Positions 15,211 through 30,079 of a DNA stretch of 64,000 bases are shown piece after piece. Below the pieces are notes generated by a model, which saw only the letters and a program-made list of their open reading frames with translations, had not been told where the DNA came from and ran no database searches. The stretch lies in the NCBI GenBank assembly GCA_964016885.1, contig OZ024742.1:39370001-39434000 (forward strand), in the 5' to 3' direction. This DNA is from Eledone cirrhosa. Its lineage: Eukaryota. Each line of letters starts with the position of its first letter. The stretch's first letter is position 1. Position numbers and translations under genes: made by a program.

Positions 15211-15632
15211 GGGCGGTGGATTGGCAGTATCGGTAGAGAGTCGGACGCCATGCTTTGCAGCAAAGAGTTACGGCCCTTTATAGTCTGCGTTCAAATCCCG
15301 CCGAGGTTAACTTTGCCTTTCATCCTTACGGGTTCGATAAAATAAAGTACCAGTAATACACTGGCATAATTGCTGGCCTTGTGCCAAAAGTAGAAACAAT
15401 TATTGAAATTACAAGTGATGTTACGTTATAAGCGGATTGGCAGTATCGGTTGCTTTGTGGCATAGAGTTACGGCCATTTACATTCTGAGTTCAAATCCCT
15501 TCGAGGTTAGCTTTGCCTTTCATCCTTACAGAGTCGATAGAATAAAGTACCAGTAATGCACTGGGGTCAATTAATCGCCTTTTCCCTCCCCTCTAAAATT
15601 GCTGGCCTTGTGCCTAAAGTAGAAACAATTAT
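15211..15632 (+). mobile_element. Two adjacent SINE S1 copies (15211-15403, 15433-15632)
   Basis: Both match the S1 consensus. Confidence 0.85.
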
Positions 15633-16216
15633 TTCATACTTTCTGTTCATCTTTTAAACTGGTATTGTCAAATATGTTTGTGTTAATCACATTTTGAAAT
15701 AGCATTTTTCACTTATATGACGTAAGTCTCATTTTGAAATCCTTAATCTCACTTTGAACTATGTCCTCACTAAAAATTACAACTACTGAAGGTGACAGTC
15801 CCAGCAGTGTCAATTCTCGCTTTACTTTACTTACAAATTATGTCCAGTGTTTCTTCTCCACTGAGACTCACTCGAAATATGTTCCTTGACAAAACTCGAA
15901 TCTGAATCGATTCATAGCGCCATATATAATACGAAAACACACATATATACTCTTTCTCTCTCTCTCCCTCTCTCTCTCACGCGCGCTATATATATAAGGA
16001 ACGATCGACTTTCGTCAAATCGGACCGAGGGAACAATGTTTCCGTTGGTCTTTCCAATTGCTAATACTATCTATCGGTCGCAACTCCAGGTAGAAGGAGC
16101 AACGTGAAATAAAGTGTCTTGCTCAAGGACATAACGCATCGCCTGGTCCAGGAATCGAACTCACAACCTTACGATTGCGAATCCAATTCTCTAACCACTC
16201 AGCCACACGCCTTCAC

Positions 16217-16256
<40 letters not shown>

Positions 16257-17227
16257 GACACACGTATACACGCACATACACATACGCACACCCATATATA
16301 TGTACATACATAAAGACAGGAACACATGCACATATACACATACATACACGCGCATATATATATATATATATAGACACACGTATACATGCACATAGACACA
16401 CGCATATATATATATATATATATATATACTACATAAATGTGCACTCACTCACTTAAATATATATTTCCCGAATAATAACTTTGTAGTTACAACAATGAGG
16501 ACTTCAAATACATATCTTGAGAGAATATGATACAACTATTAATAGGAGAACAGTTGAAGTTTGCACTATCAATAGGTTTAAGATATTTCATCTCTAAGCT
16601 CCGCACTCTAAAAGCGTTAATAATTGAAATTTTCTCCGATACACAGCAGCCCCGACCTAACTCTCAGCACAAATAAACACATGGTGATGGCATTAAAATG
16701 GTTCTATGAATGACATTCAAACAATCTACATACTATTTAAAATAGCTAGCAGTAACGAAGAATGAATGAAGAAGGAAAACAAATCACACACTACGCCCGT
16801 CATTTTATATTCAGAAATCTGCGTGTTCAGGTCACTCAACCTTGTAACGTGAATGAACTGACATGTTAAAATTTAATTACATCTTTCCAATGTGGACACA
16901 ATAGGGCTGAATGGTTACGAGGTTAGCTTCGTAATCATTCGGTCTCGGGTTCAATCCAACTGCGTCGTATCTGGTTGACCCAATTCTTGTAAGTGAAACT
17001 GGGTTAACAGAAACGGCTTGGAAGCCCGTCTGATAGATAGTACCAGTAATTCAAAGTGTCATCAATGTCACACATTGTCTCGCTGAATCTCCCTGAGAAT
17101 TGCATTAAGGATATACGTGTCTGTGGACTTCTAGGCCAAACACGTTAATTTCATAAGCAGACTGTTCCCTTGATCAAACAACTGGATCGATACATCTTTT
17201 CAATTCTAACATCAACAAACGTAAGGA

Positions 17228-17670
17228 AATAATAGTTTCTAATTTAAAAACAAAGCCAGCAATTTTCGTGGGAGTGAGAGAGAAGGCGATTGTATCGACT
17301 CGAGTGCTTGACTGGTTCTTTATTTTATCTACCGCGGAAGGATGAAAGGCAAAGTTGAGCGCGATTCGAATTCAAAATATAAAGAACCGTAAATGCTACA
17401 AAGTATTTTGTCCGATGCTCAAACGACTTGCTCAATCCACCGCCATAACTTAAGAAAATATTTGTTTCTACTTATGGCACAAGACTAACGATTTGAAAGG
17501 AGGAAAATCTACCCCAGTGCATTACTGGTGCTTTATTTTATCAACCCCGTAAAGATGAAAGTCAAAGCTAATGTCGGCGAGATTTGAACTCAGAAAGTAA
17601 AGGGCGAGAAGTACATGTCACAAAGTATATTGTCCGACGCTCTAACGACTCTGTCAATTCATTTCCATAA
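17228..17670 (-). mobile_element. Two older, diverged SINE S1 copies
   Basis: GGATGAAAGGCAAAGTTGA-type core and GATTTGAACTC B box, each present twice. Confidence 0.7.
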
Positions 17671-18318
17671 CTTAAGGGAATAATGAGAGTACTTAAATAC
17701 AAATAGAATATATGAAGCATAGACAGTGATTGTATTTGTTTAACCAACGGTTCGTTAGCTTGCAATGATGATTGCTTGATTCTACCTGCAGGTGGCGGAG
17801 GGGAGTTACGAGTGTCATAATGTTGACATGCTCCAGAGGCACAAAAAGAAGAAATGTCTTTAAATTGCTCCACTGGTTTTAGGACTGATAACAATACACT
17901 ATCATATACTTTATGAAAGGAAATAAATTAAGAAAATTAAATAACTAACGATATTAATCACGTTGGGAGCAGACAATCCTGCACAATACGATTAAATAAG
18001 ATGATTAATTTTACAGAATTAGATTTATCAGTTGAATTTTGTAAACAGTATAATGACGTATATGGACCCATATGCAATGCCGGAGTGCCGCCCACAAAAG
18101 TTAAATATGGCCAGGGTTCGAGCCTAATCTGTACATTCTGAAACGAAAAGATGCTCTGTTTTTAATCAATATATTTTTAAAATTATATTTGAATTTAGAT
18201 ACGAAAAACAAACAAAAACAAGACAAAACGAAAACGTAACTTTTAATGATTGTACAGAGCAGCGGATTTATATAGAGGCTGTTGGTTGAAACCCAGTTTA
18301 GAGGGTTCGTGCCATTTT

Positions 18319-18610
18319 CAGACATGTCAACTCTCCCCGTCCGACGGGGTGATCTCCTACACACTTTGGGGTAGGTGAGAGATGTCTTCTCTTGTGAAAA
18401 TGGGTATGGCTTTCATTATATAACTTTGCCTTTCATCCTAACGGGCTTGATAAAATAAAGTACCAGTAATGCACTGGAGTAATTGCTGGCATTGTGCCAA
18501 AAGTAGAAACAATTATATAAAATCTCCCCATTTTGCCTCATTTCTCCCCGTTTTGGGGTACTTTTTATCATGGTACTCCCCGTTTGGGTTTTTAGAGGTT
18601 GGTAGGTATG
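18319..18610. mobile_element. MITE (same TIR family) containing a truncated S1 SINE (18421-18511)
   Basis: TIRs CAGACATGTCAAC / GTTGGTAGGTATG. SINE piece flanked by ATTATATAA duplication. Confidence 0.8.
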
Positions 18611-19407
18611 CATGTTAAATATATATTAGGATATATATTAAAATGTATTTAAATATATGCTTAAATATACATATGGAACAGGATATTTTTGTCAAAATTT
18701 AGAATATTATAATTTTTATTAAATGCACGTTGCGTCTCGGCATGGGTCGATGTTGAAATCTCAACATCGTTCTACAGTAAGTATAGACCTCCATTCATAT
18801 TGTTCAATTTTCATTAAGTTTCCTGCGAGCGGATATTAGTCCCTTCCCGCGACTACAATATTATCTATCTCAGGAACACTAGTTGATTTAATTCGGCTCT
18901 AATTACACATAGGTAATTTAATAAAGGGTTACACGAGAAAAATATTTCTAGTGTTTGTTTTTCAGATCTTGTATTATCATATATTTTAAGTAAGCAAAGT
19001 GGATTTAAAAAAATAATAACCAACAATATCAATCGCATTGAAAGGATACAATTCCGAAAATACGATTAATTTTACAGAATTAGATTTATAAGTTGAAATT
19101 TGTAAACAGCTTAAAGACGAATATATGAATCCATATTCAATATTTTTGTGCATAATAAACATACATACAAAAGGGTTGTATATATGTATACACAGTGAGA
19201 TTATATGCCTGTTTTTATATATGAACATATTGTATATGGGTCCGCATATCCACCTTTGTTCTGAATCATATTGTATTACTGCTCTCGCTAATTTGTAAAC
19301 AGTGTGAGATTTTGTAAAACGAGATTCTATTCTATTCAACTATGACGTATGAAGTTGAACAAAAGGTTTGTTCCTCTTAATGATTGTATCACATGTCTTG
19401 CTTATAT

Positions 19408-19710
19408 GGCAGCGATTTGGCAAAGTCGTTAGAACGTCGGATAGAATGCTTTATGGTATTCGTTCCGGCTCTCTCCCTTTCATCCTTTTGAGGTCGATAA
19501 AAAAAAGTACCAGTCTAGTACTGGGTCGATTCTTCCTCTATATCTCTTTCTCATTTCCTCTCTCTCATTTTCTATCTTTCTCTAGAAGGAATCTGCTGTA
19601 TTCAGGTCTGAAGAGGGATGGGCTCCGCCAAGCTTAAAATGCCCCAGAAACGCCCTATGTCAATACGACGCCCTTAGAACTCTGTCAGGAGTTACAGGAC
19701 CATACATGTA
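19408..19710 (+). mobile_element. SINE S1 variant with an alternative 3' tail
   Basis: S1 head and core followed by CT-rich linker and GAAGAGGGATGGGCTCCGCC...GACTCTGTCAGGAG-type tail. Same arrangement at 20643-20930 and 24703-24982. Confidence 0.7.
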
Positions 19711-19939
19711 CATAGATGTCTTGCTTAATCTACGGCGGTCAATTGGCAGGGTCGTTAGGGCGTCGGTATTACATTGTCGTGGTATTTGTTCCGACTCTCT
19801 GTGCTTTGAGTTCAAATCCCATTAAGGTCAACGTAGCCTTTCAGCATTTCGAGATCGTCGGTAAATAAAGTAATAAAGTAACAGTTCAGTACTGAAGTCT
19901 CTTTCTCTCTCCCTCTTCTAACCTGGAGACGGTTGAGTT

Positions 19940-20290
19940 TCACCAGGTTTAAAATATCCAAGAGAGACTTGGCTGGGTGCTATATCTGAATCACAGCTGC
20001 TGCACCCCGCAGACACGATGGCGAATGCCTCGTCGCAGAGAACAGTCAGCGATAATGGCTGCAACATCAACCATTCCACATTACAGGGCTCGTTCTTCAG
20101 GCGAGATGTGCTACTCCTTATTTTGGGGAGGGAAATGGCAGTTCGAGGACTCAAGAAGTCTTAATGGCAAGCGACATAAAATAGAAACGGTCTGTCATAA
20201 ACCGATATTTAATTCAGTGTGTGTGTGTGTGACAGCTCACACCTATGCCGGTTTAGCTGGCCTCCTCCAAGGTGTGTTTCGTTGGAGGTG
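19940..20290 (-). pseudogene. Decayed C-terminus of a CRE-type (RLE) non-LTR retrotransposon
   Basis: LPKIRSSTSRLKNEPCNVEWLMLQPLSLTVLCDEAFAIVSAGC resembles the CRE end motif WLxQRLSLAVxRGNA. Homologous to 47810-48350. Confidence 0.55.
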
Positions 20291-21796
20291 TCTTGGGTGA
20301 CTTAATGATAGGGACCCCAGTCCTATCATCTCATTTCTACAGCTGAGTAAACTGGAGCAACGTGAAATGAAGTGTCTTGCTCAAGAAAACAACACATCAC
20401 CCGGTCCGAGAATTGAACTCCCAACCTTTCAATTACAAGCCCAATGCTCTAACCACTAAGCCATGAGCCTTCACGTACAGTATATGACGAGTAATTACTT
20501 TATCAAACCCTCAAGTCGAGAGAAGAAGAAAGATAAAATTCCCGTTAAGGATTTATAATTTCCGAACGTAAAATGGTTAACTAAAATTTTACAACTTATT
20601 TAGTCCGAGTCTTTATAGAATCTGTCAACTCATCATCTTATTGAGGCGGCGCTTGGAAGAGTCGTTTGAATGTCGGATAGAATGGTTCGTAGTATTCATT
20701 ATGGTTCACTGCACTGTGACTTAAAATTCCACCGAAGTTAACTTTACCTTTCTTCCTTTCGAGTGCTGGGGTCAATTCTTCCTCCGTTATTCTCTCTTTC
20801 CCCCTCTCTCTCCCACTCTATCTCAATATTTCCCGAAGAAATCGACTATGTTCCGATCTGGAGAGGGATAGGCTCTACCAGACAGGCCGTACATCACTAC
20901 GGCGCCCGACGACTCTATTAGGATGGAGTAATATAGCCATGGCACCATCTTATTAATACTCTAAATATTGTGTCATGCGATAGAGGAATGGTTGGTAATG
21001 TTCGTAATAGCCAAGGGAGGCTTTCCTGTATAGGAAAAACAAAACATTGGGCAGTTAAGTATAGTTTAAGGTTTAGTTTCCGTACAGTAAATCTTTTCTT
21101 TGAACTTTTGTAGATTCAGTTCTGCAAGGGGAATGGGGCAGAATATTCGGGGCAGTCAGTGCCAAAGTGTAACATTGATACAGATGAACGATTTTGCATG
21201 TTGTTTAGCAAAGGGAAGGGTGGCGTAATGATAAGGGAAGAGAAATAGGAGCAATAGAACTGAGATAGGGAGATTTATTAGGAGTGGTAGAGAGGATAAT
21301 GTTGACTAACGAGTGTAGTACCCTGGTGATTTCAGAAGAACCGATGTAGTTTTCGGGTAAAATGCGTTCCTTATAATAATAATACAGATATCTGTTGATA
21401 GAATACAAGACATTTAGCACTTTTTTTTTCCTTTTAATAAGTGGGAGGGTTCGTAACTATTTGATTAAATAAACAGTCATATCTAACTGAAGCAATATAC
21501 AGCCAGTCTTCCAAAAGCCTTCAACGGTTTATATCCTAGCACTACATAATATTCATGGTCAAGACAATTAATTTACGCAAGATTAGACAATTTAAACAAT
21601 ATGACAATTACATTTTGTGAACAATAGCGTCGTAAGTTGCAGGTTTCCAATGAGCTCACCACTAGTTCCACTGAAGAGGACAAGTGGGTCAGTGAAAATT
21701 AGGTAAGAGGAAATACCACAAGGTAATTTAATTAGAAAGGAATGGTTTAACGTTCTGCTCGGTTATGTTTATATTTTTCACCGTTATAAACCGGGG

Positions 21797-21853
<57 letters not shown>

Positions 21854-21910
21854 GTGTGTGTGTGTGTGTGTGTGTGTGCATGTATGCATGTATGTGTATA
21901 TATATTTATA

Positions 21911-21961
<51 letters not shown>

Positions 21962-22272
21962 ATCTGTGTGGTTTTAAACCAAGTGCAAATAGGATTTTAA
22001 AAAGTAAGGGTGCAATTTATGGAATCTTTGCTCTGAGGATGATCGACCTCAATAAAGGGCTGAATCTTGTCTTCATAGAGCAGGAAAAAGCTTTCGACAA
22101 GATGGGGGACATAAACAAACTGGAAAGTGCTAGGTCTATGTAGAATGACAGGAGTCAAGCTCATTCAATCTAGGAGCATGAACGTGGTCCAAACAACTGA
22201 AGGATTCATAAACTGGTTTGTGATTTCGACAGGGATGCGTTCTATAACCCCTTTGGTTCATTATATACATGG

Positions 22273-22430
22273 GGAAGGGCGGTAGAGTTACGGCGTAGAG
22301 TTACGGTCCTTTATAGTCTGAGTTCCAATCCCACCGAGGTTAACTTTGCCTTTCATCCTTACAGGGTTGATAAAATAAAGTACCAGTAATACACTGGGAT
22401 AATTGCTGTCTTGTGCCAAAAGTAGAAACA
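22273..22430 (+). mobile_element. SINE S1 inserted in the RT fragment
   Basis: 13-bp TSD ATTATATACATGG (22260-22272 / 22431-22443). Confidence 0.85.
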
Positions 22431-22799
22431 ATTATATACATGGAGAGGATCTAAAGAGAAGCTGATCCTAAGTCAAAAGATCTAAATAGGTTATTTTGTT
22501 GTTTGAGATCTTGTCACCAATTTTGTTCATCATATACATAGTCAGGATCTCGGGAAAGGCTACTCTAAACTCAGAAGCCTTAAGTAAACAGTTGGTGCTT
22601 GAAATCTCATCCGGTATGGAACAGGGATACGCCTAGTAACCCTCTTCACCATATACATGAACAGGATGACGAGGGAGACACAGCCAGACCAAGTAACACC
22701 CTTTCCAATATATTGTTTACCGACGACCAGTCCCTCGCATACGAGAAAGATATGAGAAAGAAGAAAATCGCCCAAAGAATTGCACCAATTTGAACGAGG

Positions 22800-23213
22800 A
22801 ATTTATTTATTTAATCAATTTAAACGTCCGTATAGAGCTAAAAAGCCGTCATAAACTAGTAGAGGTATCTAGTTCCTCTTACAGTTAAGAAACAAAAAAA
22901 AAAGATAAAGAGATAAAAAAAGTAAGGCCAACGGGAGGCTAAAGAAGCATAAAAAAGAAGATAAAGAAAAATGGCAAACAAGGGCAGCTATAAAGCAACG
23001 GTCTCTGTTGAATCTTTTCGTAGCCTCCAAGTACTCAAAAGTTTTCTTTATAGTCGGTATATCTTTGACAATATATTATATCTCCAATCTTTTTAGTTTG
23101 TTTAATGATCAACTTCAAAATGTCCTCTCCCAGACTGATAATTCCTACACTGGAACAAATAGTGCCGTAGAGTTTCTAGGAACCTCCCACAAGAATATAG
23201 AGGTGATTCTCTG
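22800..23213 (-). mobile_element. 3' end of an I-group LINE
   Basis: Homologous to 25392-25860. Ends in a (TAAA)n tail. Confidence 0.65.
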
Positions 23214-23254
23214 AGGTATGTGAGCAGTATGAGATGAAGATAAGCATTAACATA

Positions 23255-23582
23255 CTCTCGGGTCTTGAATAATCCCCCCCCCCTCTGTTTATTAGTTTTT
23301 TAGATTTTTTTCCACACTCCCACTTGTTCAATTTTGCTAATCTATCTTCGGCGAAATTTTATTGTAAGTGATTCATATCGATACAGCAGCTGGAGAATCT
23401 AATAATAATTTTATTTTACATTAAAAAAACCCATTATATATGACAAAAAAAGAACATTACAAGAAATCCCATATTTATGAACGTACACTATACCTTTACC
23501 GATTTCCCAGCCCCACCGTTTATTCCAAGAATTATAAGAATTTAAGCAAATGTCCCCCACCCTATTATTTGGGATCCGAGAG
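23255..23582. mobile_element. Tc1/mariner (pogo-like) MITE
   Basis: TA|CTCTCGGGTCTTGAATAAT ... ATTATTTGGGATCCGAGAG|TA: imperfect TIR with TA TSD, splitting the RT reading frame. Confidence 0.75.
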
Positions 23583-23942
23583 TACGTGATGAAGGTTTGC
23601 ATAGCACCAGGAAACATTAGAGCCCACTACAACAAATCCAAATAGAATCAAAAGGGAGAATTCAAGTACCTAACAAACATCTTCACCGGAGATGAAAAAC
23701 CAAATAAAAAGATCGAGGGCAGAGTGCAAAAGACCAATAGCATTAGCTAGCAGAATGATTGCCTTGCCCTAGAAATATGTTGTTTGAGAGGGTCTTGAAA
23801 TAGCGAGAATAGTCTCAGCTGATTGAATTACTTCCCTACTCCCCATATTCAGAAAGCGAAACTCTATTTGTATATATACACTTCATGCAGAGCTCTCCCC
23901 CCAGGCTTTTTCGCATTTATCCTGTATTCACACACTAACACA

Positions 23943-24016
<74 letters not shown>

Positions 24017-24180
24017 CACATATATACATACATATATATATATATATACATATATATACATATATATATATATATATACATGTATATATATATAGAGAGA
24101 GATAGATAGATAGATAGATGGAGAGATAAATAGATAGATAAATAAATAGATATGTGTGCCTGTGTGTCTGTGTTTGTGCT

Positions 24181-24225
<45 letters not shown>

Positions 24226-25194
24226 ATTTATTTATATATACATACATTATACATACAAAAACATAGGTATATACATACATGCATATATACATACACACAC
24301 ACTTACACGCATAACACACTTATGGTAGAGTGGAACTCCCCTCAGTTCAGTTCTGTCAATTAACATAGCAGTAACATAACAGAAAAGACAGAAGACAGCT
24401 GGTAAATATTTTTACCGATCATTCCTAGCGAGGAGACAGCAGGACGTCATGAGGGGTGACGTAGAGAGAGTGAGAGAGAGAGGGGGGAGTGAGTGAGAGA
24501 GATAGCTAGATAGAGAGAGACAGAGAGGAGAGAGAGAGTGTGTGGTGTGTGTGTGAGAGAGAGAGGGGGGTATTAAAGGAGTGCTGGTTTTCACCTCTGT
24601 TTAGTCAAAGAGTTTTTGAAAGCGTGTAACAACATGAAATAGTAATCTGTACAGGTATATCCAGCCGGGAGAACATTGTATTGTATTTTATTGTACTGTA
24701 AGGGCGGAAGATTGGCAGTATCGGTAGGAGGTCGGACACCATGCTTTGCAGCATAGAGTTCAAATCCCGCCGAGATCAATTTTACATTTCATCCTTTCGA
24801 GGTCGATAAAATGTACCAGTCTAGTACTGGGGTCGATTCTTCCTCTATATCTCTTTCTCATTTCCTCTCTCTCACTTTCTATCTTTCTCTGGAAGAGGGA
24901 TGGGCTCCGCCAGGCTTAAAATACCCAAGAAACATCGTATGTCAATACAGCACCCCTACGACTCTATCAGGAGTTACAGGACCTTAACATACCATACCAT
25001 ACAATACTACAGTGTACAGTACAGTAAAATGGTCTCTTTTATGGCACAAGGCCAGCAATTTTGGGGGAGGAGAAAGTCGATTATTTCGACCCCGGTGCAT
25101 GACTGGTACTTTATTTTATCGACCCAGTAAGGATGAAAGGTAAAGTTAACCTCGGCGGTATTTAAACTCAGATCATAAAGGGCCGGCTTTATAG

Positions 25195-25390
25195 TACTGT
25201 ACTGTACGCTACAGTATTGTACTGTTTAGTATTTTATTGTACTGTACGCTATAGTACTGTACTATATTGTATTTTATTGTACTGAACGCTACAGTACTGT
25301 ACTATATTGTATTTTACTGTACTGTACGCTATAGTACTGTACTGTATTATATTTTACTGTACTGTATGCTATAGTATTGTACTGTATTTT
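25195..25390. repeat. (ACTGT/ATTGT)n pentanucleotide repeat
   Basis: Directly visible. Confidence 0.85.
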
Positions 25391-25391
25391 A

Positions 25392-27610
<2,219 letters not shown>

Positions 27611-27682
27611 GAATTTTGGCGAGTAAATTCCCTTTTAAACACACACACATACACACATACATACATACGCACGTACACACAC

Positions 27683-27760
<78 letters not shown>

Positions 27761-27860
27761 GTAGGTAATATCCACTGGAAGGTAATATCCGTAGTGGTAG
27801 AGCACTCAGTCCAAGGGACGAGTTAGGTAGAAGTGGTTACACAACAGTTAGTTCACCATA

Positions 27861-27900
27861 CCGAGAACAATTCTTTCACCTTCGCGGCTCTTCAGCTCGG
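27861..27900 (-). ncRNA. Minimal type I hammerhead in (TA)n-flanked element 27758-27903
   Basis: CCGAG-CTGAAGA-GCC gcgaa GGT-GAAA-gAATTG-TT-CTCGG. One helix III mismatch relative to the sister copy at 42635. Confidence 0.75.
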
Positions 27901-27961
<61 letters not shown>

Positions 27962-29821
27962 CTGGTATGGCCCCTTAAACATTCATTGGAAATGAAACAT
28001 TGTTTGTCAGCTCACTATTGCAGCATCGCGGTGAATTTGTGTTTGGAAGGTGGGAAGGTGGACTGGTGAATCTATTATCCTTTAGAGCTCCAATAACCGG
28101 CATGGAACATTCCTAATGCAATTAATTCTTCTTACAGACCGATTGTTTCTCAACACAAACCGACATCAGCTGAAACTCAGAGAATGTTCCTCCTGCTGGC
28201 TCAATTGTTTTGTTGTTCTCGGCGATTGATTTAGCTTCCAGAGCCGAGCATGCATGAAAAACATTTAAGGAGCAGCAGCTGGGAACCGAATATACTCAAC
28301 AATCTTTTGTTTTTCCCTATCAAGGAAGCTTAAAAAATATGCAAAATATGTCTATAAAATATCCGTATGTAATTGTAAAGAACGAGTGTCGCAGCTGCCA
28401 GACTCCCCACAGTGTCCGTTCTCCCGTTGGCTTGTTGGCACGTTTGTCTGTGGGCCCGTTAGTTGATGCAGTGAGGGTTTCGATTTCCCTGCTAGTGCTT
28501 TTAATTCTGTGTCTGTAACAAAAACATTTAACTCTCAATGACCAAGGCTCATGTTTAAACTTTTGGATCCATGGTGACCACAATAGCATTGAATGTATTT
28601 AAGTTTGGAATCCAGATTTAATATGCCATATATATACGAAGATTACTGGATATATAAACAATCACACACACTGGGAAATGTTCGTTTTGATAAATTTGTG
28701 GTTTGCATAAGAAAAGCCCTATAGTTTACGTGGAAGTAAATAAAGATAAAAATGATAACAATGATGTTTTAATAATTTATTTCTAGGATATAAATGATCA
28801 GCATATATGTACAAACGCCATACAGAATTAAATGTATGCGTAATTTTGGAGAAATAACTATTTAAGAACAAATGTAGGGTGATTGGAACCCAGGGCGCTA
28901 GGATTGGAAAGAAAACCTCTTATTATAGGAACATGGTTGATAAATTCATTGTGTGTATGTGTGTATATATGAGAGTACGTTTGTCGCTCTAAATATTAAA
29001 GAGTTATAGACGGATACATAAATATAATTACAAATACGCATGGCATATTATTGTGGACGATAATGTATTGAGGTATTACCCATTCACTTCTCATGAAGCT
29101 AAAGTATATAACTGACATATAGAGGAAGAATCGACCCTAGTATTAGACTAGTACTTTTTTATCGATTTCAAAAGGATGAAAGGCAAAGTTGACCTCGACG
29201 GGATTTGAACTCAGGTAGCAGAAATTCGGAACCGAAACCGCAAAGCATTCTATTTGACAGGTAGTTTAAACAGAGATATCCTTATGTCCCTGTAGTCGCA
29301 TTGAGTACGAATGGTTAAGAGGCTCGCTTCACAGTCAGGTCCCGGGTTCAACCCCGCTGCGTATAATATAAGTATCAGTTACCAAAGTTTTGGGTCGACT
29401 CAAGCCTTGTGTGTGAAATTGAGAAAACAGACACTTTTTGGCAGTCCGTTGGATGGACTGTACCTGTAATTCAAGGGTCATCCTTGTCACACTGAATCTC
29501 CCTGAGAATTATGTTACGAGTAAACGAATCTGTGGAATGCTCACCAACTTACACGTTAATTTCACAAGTAGGCCTGTTGATCAAACAACGGTAACACTCA
29601 TCGTTGAAACTGGTAGAATTCCATTCCATTATTCACATTTCCCGTTTACTTAATGTCATAAAATCATGGCTAGACGTTGGATGTTACAAGCCTTATAAGT
29701 ATAAAAGATATTTACATTTGCTTTCAGTGAACAATTTAGAAACTTAAAGAGGTATGAATTGTATGTTACAGGGGCAGATATATTAGTTTACATTATATCC
29801 AGATGAAAGCTTTCACTGATG

Positions 29822-30079
29822 CAGACCTGTTAACTCTCCCCGTCGGACGGAGAAATGAGGCAAAATGAGAAAATTTTACATAATGAAAGAAAATTTTACA
29901 TAATGGGAGAAATGAGCCAAAACGGGGTGATCTCCCCGTCGGGAGATCACCCCGTTTTGGCTCATTTCTCCCATTATGTAAAATTTTCTTTCATTATGTA
30001 AAATTTTCTCATTTTGCCTCATTTCTCCCCATTTTTGGGCACTTGTTTTCATTTGGGCTTTTAGAGGTTGACAGGTCTG
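29822..30079. mobile_element. MITE (CAGACCTG TIR family) with an internal perfect 88-bp inverted duplication
   Basis: TSD CTGATG (29816-29821 / 30080-30085). Arms 29849-29936 and 29941-30028. Confidence 0.85.

Larger units (their letters stand above)
21990..23750 (+). pseudogene. Fragmented RTE-type reverse transcriptase, interrupted by a SINE, a LINE 3' end and a MITE
   Basis: LVFIEQEKAFDK (~22065), RQGCVL*PLWFIIYM (~22227), NILFTDDQ (~22708), YEMKISIN (~23228), FKYLTNIFTGD..IEGRVQK (~23660): RT motifs in order, with stops. A second motif-B-like stretch near 22610 suggests two fragments. Confidence 0.75.

Noticed and set aside
21671-21710. CTGAAGA...GAAA match
   Set aside because: No helix I or III pairing, likely chance.
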